Assembly (NCBI GenBank): GCA_963806225.1
Contig: CAWDXG010000004.1
Span: 800,001-864,000, forward strand
DNA: 64,000 nucleotides
Direction of reading: 5' to 3'
Source of the DNA: an uncultured delta proteobacterium
GTDB lineage: Bacteria > Myxococcota_A > Polyangia > Polyangiales > Polyangiaceae
In this document: positions 58,853-64,000 of the stretch, piece by piece
Layout of the letters: every line of letters begins with the position of its first letter
How positions within the stretch are numbered: position 1 is the stretch's first letter
Notes under the pieces: generated by a model
Databases searched by the model: none
The model's input: only the letters and a program-made list of their open reading frames with translations
What the model was told of the DNA's origin: nothing
Program-made: the position numbers and the translations under genes

Positions 58853-60148
58853 ATGATTCTGCGCGATCCGGTGCACGGCCTCGTTGCCTTCGAGTCCGAG
58901 GAGGAGCAGATCGTGCCGGCGCTGCTCGAGGCGAAGGAAGTCCAACGACTCCGGCGCATCCGCCAACTCGGCCTCACTTCCCTCGCCTACCCGGGAGCCG
59001 ACCACACGCGCTTTTCGCACGCGATCGGCGCGGCGTTCGTGATGACGCGCTTTGTCGACCGGCTACGCGCGATCCACGGACGTTCTGCCGTTCTGGCAGC
59101 GCGTCACGACCGAGCGCGCTCGCGACGCGCTGGCCGCGGCGCTGTTGCACGACCTCGGGCACGGGCCCTTCTCGCACCTGTTCGAGGAAGCGATGCCCGA
59201 AGGCCCGCCCCACGAGGACTGGACCACGCGCATCGTGATGGATCCGTCGACGGAGGTGAACGGGGTGCTCCGCCGCTTCGACGCCACCCTGCCCGGGCGC
59301 GTCGCCGACCTGGTCCACGGTCGGCACGAGCTCAAGTTCCTGGCGCGCGCGGTGAGCGGCACGTTCGATGTGGATCGTTGCGACTACCTGCTGCGCGACG
59401 CCTACTCCACCGGCGTCGGCTACGGCAGGTTCGATCTGGACTGGCTCTTGCGCAGCCTGCGCTTCGGCGTGGCGGAGTCGCCGGATGTCGCGCCGCCGCT
59501 GGCCATCGACGGCGCCAAGGGGCTGCCGGCCATCGAGTCGTTCATCCTGGCGCGGCTCTTCATGTTCCAGCAGGTCTACTTCCACAAGGCAAGCCGGGCG
59601 AGCGAGTGGATGCTGGGGCGTGTCCTGGGCAGGGTGCGCCAGCTGCTGGTGGACGGGGCGCGGCTGCCGGCCACTCCCGCCGCCGTCGGAGTCGATCGCG
59701 CGCACCGGCGACGCGGAGCTTTCCGACTACCTCGAGCTCGACGACACGCTGCTCTGGCAGGCGCTGGCCGCGTGGCGCAGCGCCAGCGATCCGGTGCTGT
59801 CGGATCTCGTCGACGCGGCTCTACTCGAGGCGCCTGTTCAAGACCTACGAGCTCTACACGACCCAGCTCGCTCCCGAGGCACGGCGCGAAGCACACGAAC
59901 GCGCCCGCGAGGTGGCCGTCGAGCACGGGCTGGATCCGGATGTGTACGTCGGCCTCGACCAGGCCGCGGACGTGCCGTTCGACGACGCCACCGACTCCTT
60001 GTCCGTGATCTTCCCGACGGGCGCGCCGCGCAAGCCGGGGGACGTCTCGTTCCTGCTCGGGCGGCTCAGGGGCGAGCGGATGGAGCGCGTGCGGCTCATC
60101 TTCGCCGCGGAGCTGCGCGAGGACATCGTGAGGGCGGTCGAGGGATGA
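58853..60148 (+). CDS. HD-domain phosphohydrolase (dNTP triphosphohydrolase/YdhJ-like); about 3 frameshifts
   Basis: RDPVHG, QRLRRIRQLG, HTRFSH, LLHDLGHGPFSH, DVDRCDYLLRD, QVYFHK. Confidence 0.88.
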   Translation: MILRDPVHGLVAFESEEEQIVPALLEAKEVQRLRRIRQLGLTSLAYPGADHTRFSHAIGAAFVMTRFVDRLRAIHGRSAVLAARHDRARSRRAGRGAVARPRARALLAPVRGSDARRPAPRGLDHAHRDGSVDGGERGAPPLRRHPARARRRPGPRSARAQVPGARGERHVRCGSLRLPAARRLLHRRRLRQVRSGLALAQPALRRGGVAGCRAAAGHRRRQGAAGHRVVHPGAALHVPAGLLPQGKPGERVDAGACPGQGAPAAGGRGAAAGHSRRRRSRSRAPATRSFPTTSSSTTRCSGRRWPRGAAPAIRCCRISSTRLYSRRLFKTYELYTTQLAPEARREAHERAREVAVEHGLDPDVYVGLDQAADVPFDDATDSLSVIFPTGAPRKPGDVSFLLGRLRGERMERVRLIFAAELREDIVRAVEG

Positions 60149-60822
60149 AACCCGCCGGCTGGGGGCTGGTGTGCGCGCTCGCCGCGGTGCTGGCGGGTGT
60201 GCCGGCGCACGCCGCCGATACCTGGGGGCACCAGACGACCTCCAGCGTGGAGCCGGAAGTGAAGCCGGATCGCTATTCGGGCGGCAACGGCGTCTACGGG
60301 CGGTTCAAGGGCGATCTCGAGCTCGGGCTCGGGCTCGGCGCCGAGGTCGACAAGGCCGGCGCGCGCGGCGCGGCGCGGCTCACGCTGCACTACTTCTCGA
60401 TGCTGGGTGTCTACTCGAGCTACCGCGACGGGTTCGGCCAGGGCGGCGACGGCGCCGCGCGGCTGCTGTCGGTCGGGGTCGACCTCCGGCCGGGCTTCGT
60501 GCCGCGCTGGGCCCAGGGCCAGGAGACGGGCCAGGCGCTGCCCGATCTCTTCATCGATTCCGTGTCGCTCGGCCTGGGCGCGTTCTGGGCAGAGCCCCGG
60601 GGCCACGGCTTCGGCGCCGAGCGCGGCTTCGAGACCTCGCTGGGATTCGGAATTCCGCTGATGCTCCGCGCCGACGGCCTGTGGCTCGAAGCGCGCGGCC
60701 AGCTGCGCTGGCCCGAACAGGCCGGCGCACCCGACCACAGCGCCGTGCCGTCGGCCTTCGCGCTGCTCTCGTGGCACGGCTTCGTCGTCACCCCCCTCGC
60801 CGCCTCGCGGCGCGCGCAGTAG
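60145..60822 (+). CDS. Secreted/outer-membrane hypothetical protein
   Basis: ATGA overlap with the HD gene; signal peptide; GVYGRFKGD; beta-strand pattern. Confidence 0.7.
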   Translation: MKPAGWGLVCALAAVLAGVPAHAADTWGHQTTSSVEPEVKPDRYSGGNGVYGRFKGDLELGLGLGAEVDKAGARGAARLTLHYFSMLGVYSSYRDGFGQGGDGAARLLSVGVDLRPGFVPRWAQGQETGQALPDLFIDSVSLGLGAFWAEPRGHGFGAERGFETSLGFGIPLMLRADGLWLEARGQLRWPEQAGAPDHSAVPSAFALLSWHGFVVTPLAASRRAQ

Positions 60823-60900
60823 CGCGCCGTCGATGCGCAGTAGCGCGCCGTCGATGCCCAGCCTCGCTGCGACGTCGCAGGGCGGGGCTGGTCGATTGAA

Positions 60901-62217
60901 GTCGGGTAGGCCCGGGCGTTGCCGCCCGGGCCCCCCACAGATCCGGACGGGCGCGATTTGCGCATCCGGCTCTTCGGATCACGCCAGGGCGCGTAGGTCG
61001 CGAGGTTCGGGCAGACGAGGGAGCGGGTAGTGCTCCGCAAGCCGGCGCATTTTCTCCCACGTTACGCGGGCGCGTTGCGAGCGACGGTGCAGCCAGCCGC
61101 GCCAGAGGCGATACACCTCGTGACACAGCGCAACCAGTCGGCCCTCGTTTCCCATCACCCCGAAGTAGGCAAAGTGCCCCTTCAGGGAACGGCAAATCCG
61201 GACCCACTGGATGCGCACCGGCAAGTGTCGGTTCCGGCGGCACCACTCGTTCAGCCTGTGCAATGTGCGAGTGAAGCGACTCCGCGACGTCTTGAGCTGG
61301 ATGACCCAGTGGCCTCGCTTGGACCGCGCCCAGTAGAGCGTGAAGCCAAGCAGGTCGAACGTGTCTGAGCCCACCTCCTTTGACGTACCGTCGTCCTCTT
61401 TCGAGAGCAGCGGCCGCTTGAAAGGCAGGAGGCGCGTCTTGTCTGGGTGTAGTTCCAGCCTGTGCTTCGCGAATCGCTTCGGCAGCACTTCATGCACACG
61501 TCGTGCATCATCCTCCCGCTCGAATGCTATGACGAAGTCGTCAGCAAAGCGCACCAGCACTGCGCGTCCACGCAGCACTGGCTTCACCTGGCTTTCAAAC
61601 CACACGTCCAGCACCGTATGCAGGAAGATGTTCGCCAACATCGGCGAGATAACCCCACCCTGCGGCGTGCCAGCTTCGGGGTATCTGATCTCCCCGCGCT
61701 CCATCACGCCCGCGTTGAGCCACTTGCCAATGAGACGCAGCACGACACCGTCCCCTATCCGTTGACGAAGCACCTCGCACAGCTGTTTGCGGTCGATGGA
61801 GTCGAAATACGTACGTATATCGACTTCCAGCACCCATCCGTCGCGCATTTCCATCAGAGTGTCGCGTAGCTTGCCCAGGGCTTGGTGGGCACTCCGCCCT
61901 GGTCGAAACCCATACGGTCCAGAAAGTCCTGCTCGTACACGGTTTCTAGAAGCATGGCTACCGCCCGCTGGAGCACCTTGTCCTCGAAGGTTGGGATGCC
62001 CAGCGGCCGGGTCTGCCCGTTGCCTTTCGGGATGTACACCCGCCGGACGGGTGGCGCCCGGTATTCGCCAGAGTGCGCGCGGTTGACCAGGGTCTCGAGG
62101 TTCGCCTCGAGTTCCTCGCCATATTCATCCGCGCTGCATCCGTCGACTCCAGTCGCGCCGTCCTTGCGGGTGCGCTGATAGGCTTCGTGCAGCCACTCCT
62201 CGTCCATGTGATGCGAC
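60901..62217 (-). mobile_element. Group II intron, 5'-truncated (RT/maturase ORF plus domains V-VI)
   Basis: Domain V GAGCCGGATGCG...CGTCCGGATC (60972-60940); domain VI hairpin ending CCTACCCGAC at 60901; visibly lower GC than the flanks. The 5' boundary is approximate. Confidence 0.9.
60979..62217 (-). pseudogene. ltrA: Group II intron reverse transcriptase/maturase, N-terminally truncated, frameshift near 61915, no endonuclease domain
   Basis: GATGVDG, RRVYIPK...[42 protein letters not shown], then domain X. Confidence 0.9.
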
Positions 62218-62294
62218 TCCTGTTGACCCCCACCCACCCCGGCATCCTGCCGCGACCCATCCGCGACACGCCGACAAGTGCGGCGAACGGCGGT

Positions 62295-63485
62295 CTACAC
62301 CGGCTTGAGCACCGGGTCGCGGCGGGAATCGGCGATGTGGTCGTCGATGGCTTCGCGTTCGCGGGCGCAGTAGTCGCGGACGGCGTGGTCGAGGCGCGGG
62401 TCGGCGAAGTGGTGCGCGCTGTGCGTGACGGTGGGCTCGAAGCCGCGGGCAAGCTTGTGCTCCCCACCCGCGCCGGGCTCGAACAGCGTCAGGCCGCGCG
62501 CGATCGCGTCCTCGATGCCCTGGTAGTAGCAGACGTTGAAGTGCAGAAACGGCCGCTCTTCGCACGCGCCCCAGTAGCGACCGTACAGCGCGCCACCGCC
62601 CAGCAGGTTGAACGCGCCGCCGAGCGCGCGGCCCGAGGAGCGCTCGCGCGCGAGCACCAGGTGCAGCGAGCCGGGCATGCGCGAAGCGACCTCGTGGAAG
62701 AAATTGCGGTTCAGGTACTGCCGGCCCCAATAGAACTTCTCCACCGTGGCGCGGTAGAAGTCGAACATGGTGTCGACGGCCTCGGCGTCGATGTCGCTGC
62801 CGCTCAGGATGCGGAAGGCGACGCCCTGCCGCTGCATGTCGCGCCGCTCGCGGCGGATCTGGTGGCGGCGCTTGGAGCTGAAGCGCGCGAGGAAATCGTC
62901 GAAGCAGGTGTAGCCGGCATTGCGCCAGTGGAACTGCAGGCCGTAGCGCTGGACGAGCCCGGCCTCCGACAGGAGTTCCGCCTGGGCGCGCGGCGGGAAC
63001 AGCACATGCGCGCTCGACAGGCCGAGCCGCTCGCACAGCTGCTCGAGCCCCGCGGCGAAAGCCGCCGTGCACCGCGGCTTCGTCCACGCCCGGCGCGACC
63101 AGCAGCCGCGGCCCGGTCGCCGGCGTGAAGGGCACGGCGACGATCAGCTTCGGGTAGTATTCGAGGTCGCAGCCGCGACTCGGCGAAGTGCGCGCAAGCT
63201 GTGGTCGAAGACGAACTCGCCCTCGCTGTTGCCCTTGACGTACGCCGGCGCGGCCGCGACCAGCTCGCTCGCCCTGCCACATCCCGAGGTGCATCGGCAT
63301 CCAGCCGCGTTCGGGGCGCACGCAGCCGGTCTGTTCCAGCGCGTCGAGCCAGTCGAACAACAGGAAAGGCGGCGCATCGCTGCCGGTGAGCGCGCGTCCA
63401 GCGCTGCTGACCGAAGATCGCGGATGAACTCGTAGCTCCTGAGCTCGAGCGCGTCGCGGGACTCCGGCGCCATCGGGGCCGACAT
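62295..63485 (-). CDS. GNAT/FemAB-like protein (COG3146-type); several frameshifts
   Basis: WLDALEQTGCV, AYVKGNSEGEFVFD, YYPKLIVAVPFTPATGPRLL, LYGRYWG, LHFNVCYYQGI, FEPGAGGEHK..RGF. Confidence 0.85.
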
Positions 63486-64000
63486 GCAGGCTTCTCGATG
63501 CGGCAGGGAGCGCCGCTCCGGAAACAGGGCCTGCCAGATGCTGCCGGGGCGCGCGCCGAAGCCGGCCTCGAGCCGCTCGAAGACGACGACGTTGAGCCGG
63601 CCGCGCCGGCGGCCGCGCCACGGCCTGCACGAACGCGATGTCGCAACGGTAGCCGGTTCGCGTTCGCCGCTTCGCGCGCGAGCTCGAAAGCGCGCGCGCG
63701 CGTCGATACTGCGCCGCCCCTCGAGACGGCGCTTGACGTGCAGCGCGGCGCGCATGGCGGCGTGGTAGGCAGAGAGCCACTCCATCCACGGCTCGGCGCC
63801 GCCCGCGATGGCAGCGGCCTCCAGGCGTTCCGCGCGGCGGTCGATCTCGTCGAGCGGCAGCATGTCGAGCTCGCGCAGCGCGCCGGGGAATTCCCGCGCC
63901 AGCTCCCTGAGCGGCGCGCGCGCCTCGGCGATAGCTGGTGCCGGGCGCGCCTGAACTCGCCGAGCGCGCGGTACTTGCGCGCCAGGGCGAGCCAGGTCGG
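63482..64000 (-). CDS. Hypothetical protein, 5' partial and frameshifted
   Basis: LRELAREFPGALRELDMLPLDEIDRR...WMEWLSAYH reads as a protein; the 3' end is approximate. Confidence 0.5.

Noticed and set aside
60979..62237. Retron or defence-associated RT
   Set aside because: Domains V and VI directly follow the ORF and the motifs are those of group II intron maturases.
1..64000. tRNA, rRNA, IS transposase or prophage genes
   Set aside because: No recognisable sequence or motifs seen by eye; a covariance-model scan was not possible.

Overview
Very GC-rich bacterial DNA. Its gene content (several Hanks-type Ser/Thr kinases, an FHA-sigma54 activator, MYXO-CTERM-like tails, many lipoproteins with Gly/Ser/Ala linkers) points to a myxobacterium, probably Polyangiaceae; this is an inference. 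About 40 genes can be supported. No rRNA, tRNA or CRISPR array was seen. The main points of interest are: (1) a translationally coupled minus-strand operon at 22.3-30.8 kb encoding a Ser/Thr kinase, a pseudokinase fused to a 5-CxxCH multiheme domain, a tandem-cNMP/4x[4Fe-4S]/His-bearing membrane protein, and a tetraheme/2x[4Fe-4S]/FAD-NAD(P) oxidoreductase, which looks like a signal-gated trans-membrane redox chain; (2) a 32-39.6 kb module in which an FHA-sigma54 activator, a kinase and a lipoprotein are divergent from a sigma54 promoter driving two peptidoglycan hydrolases (NlpC/P60-like and GH25), where the lipoprotein and both hydrolases share an unnamed 30-aa six-cysteine repeat; (3) a sigma54-preceded SurA-N/POTRA-only/M48 operon running into a RimB-like/rimK/desuccinylase cluster; (4) structured non-coding elements, namely a triple-hairpin leader at 47.5 kb and a 38-bp AT-rich palindrome at 54.9 kb; (5) a 5'-truncated group II intron at 60.9-62.2 kb. 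Frameshifts become frequent after about 49 kb, most likely from long-read consensus errors. All family assignments are from motif recognition by eye; no database searches were run.
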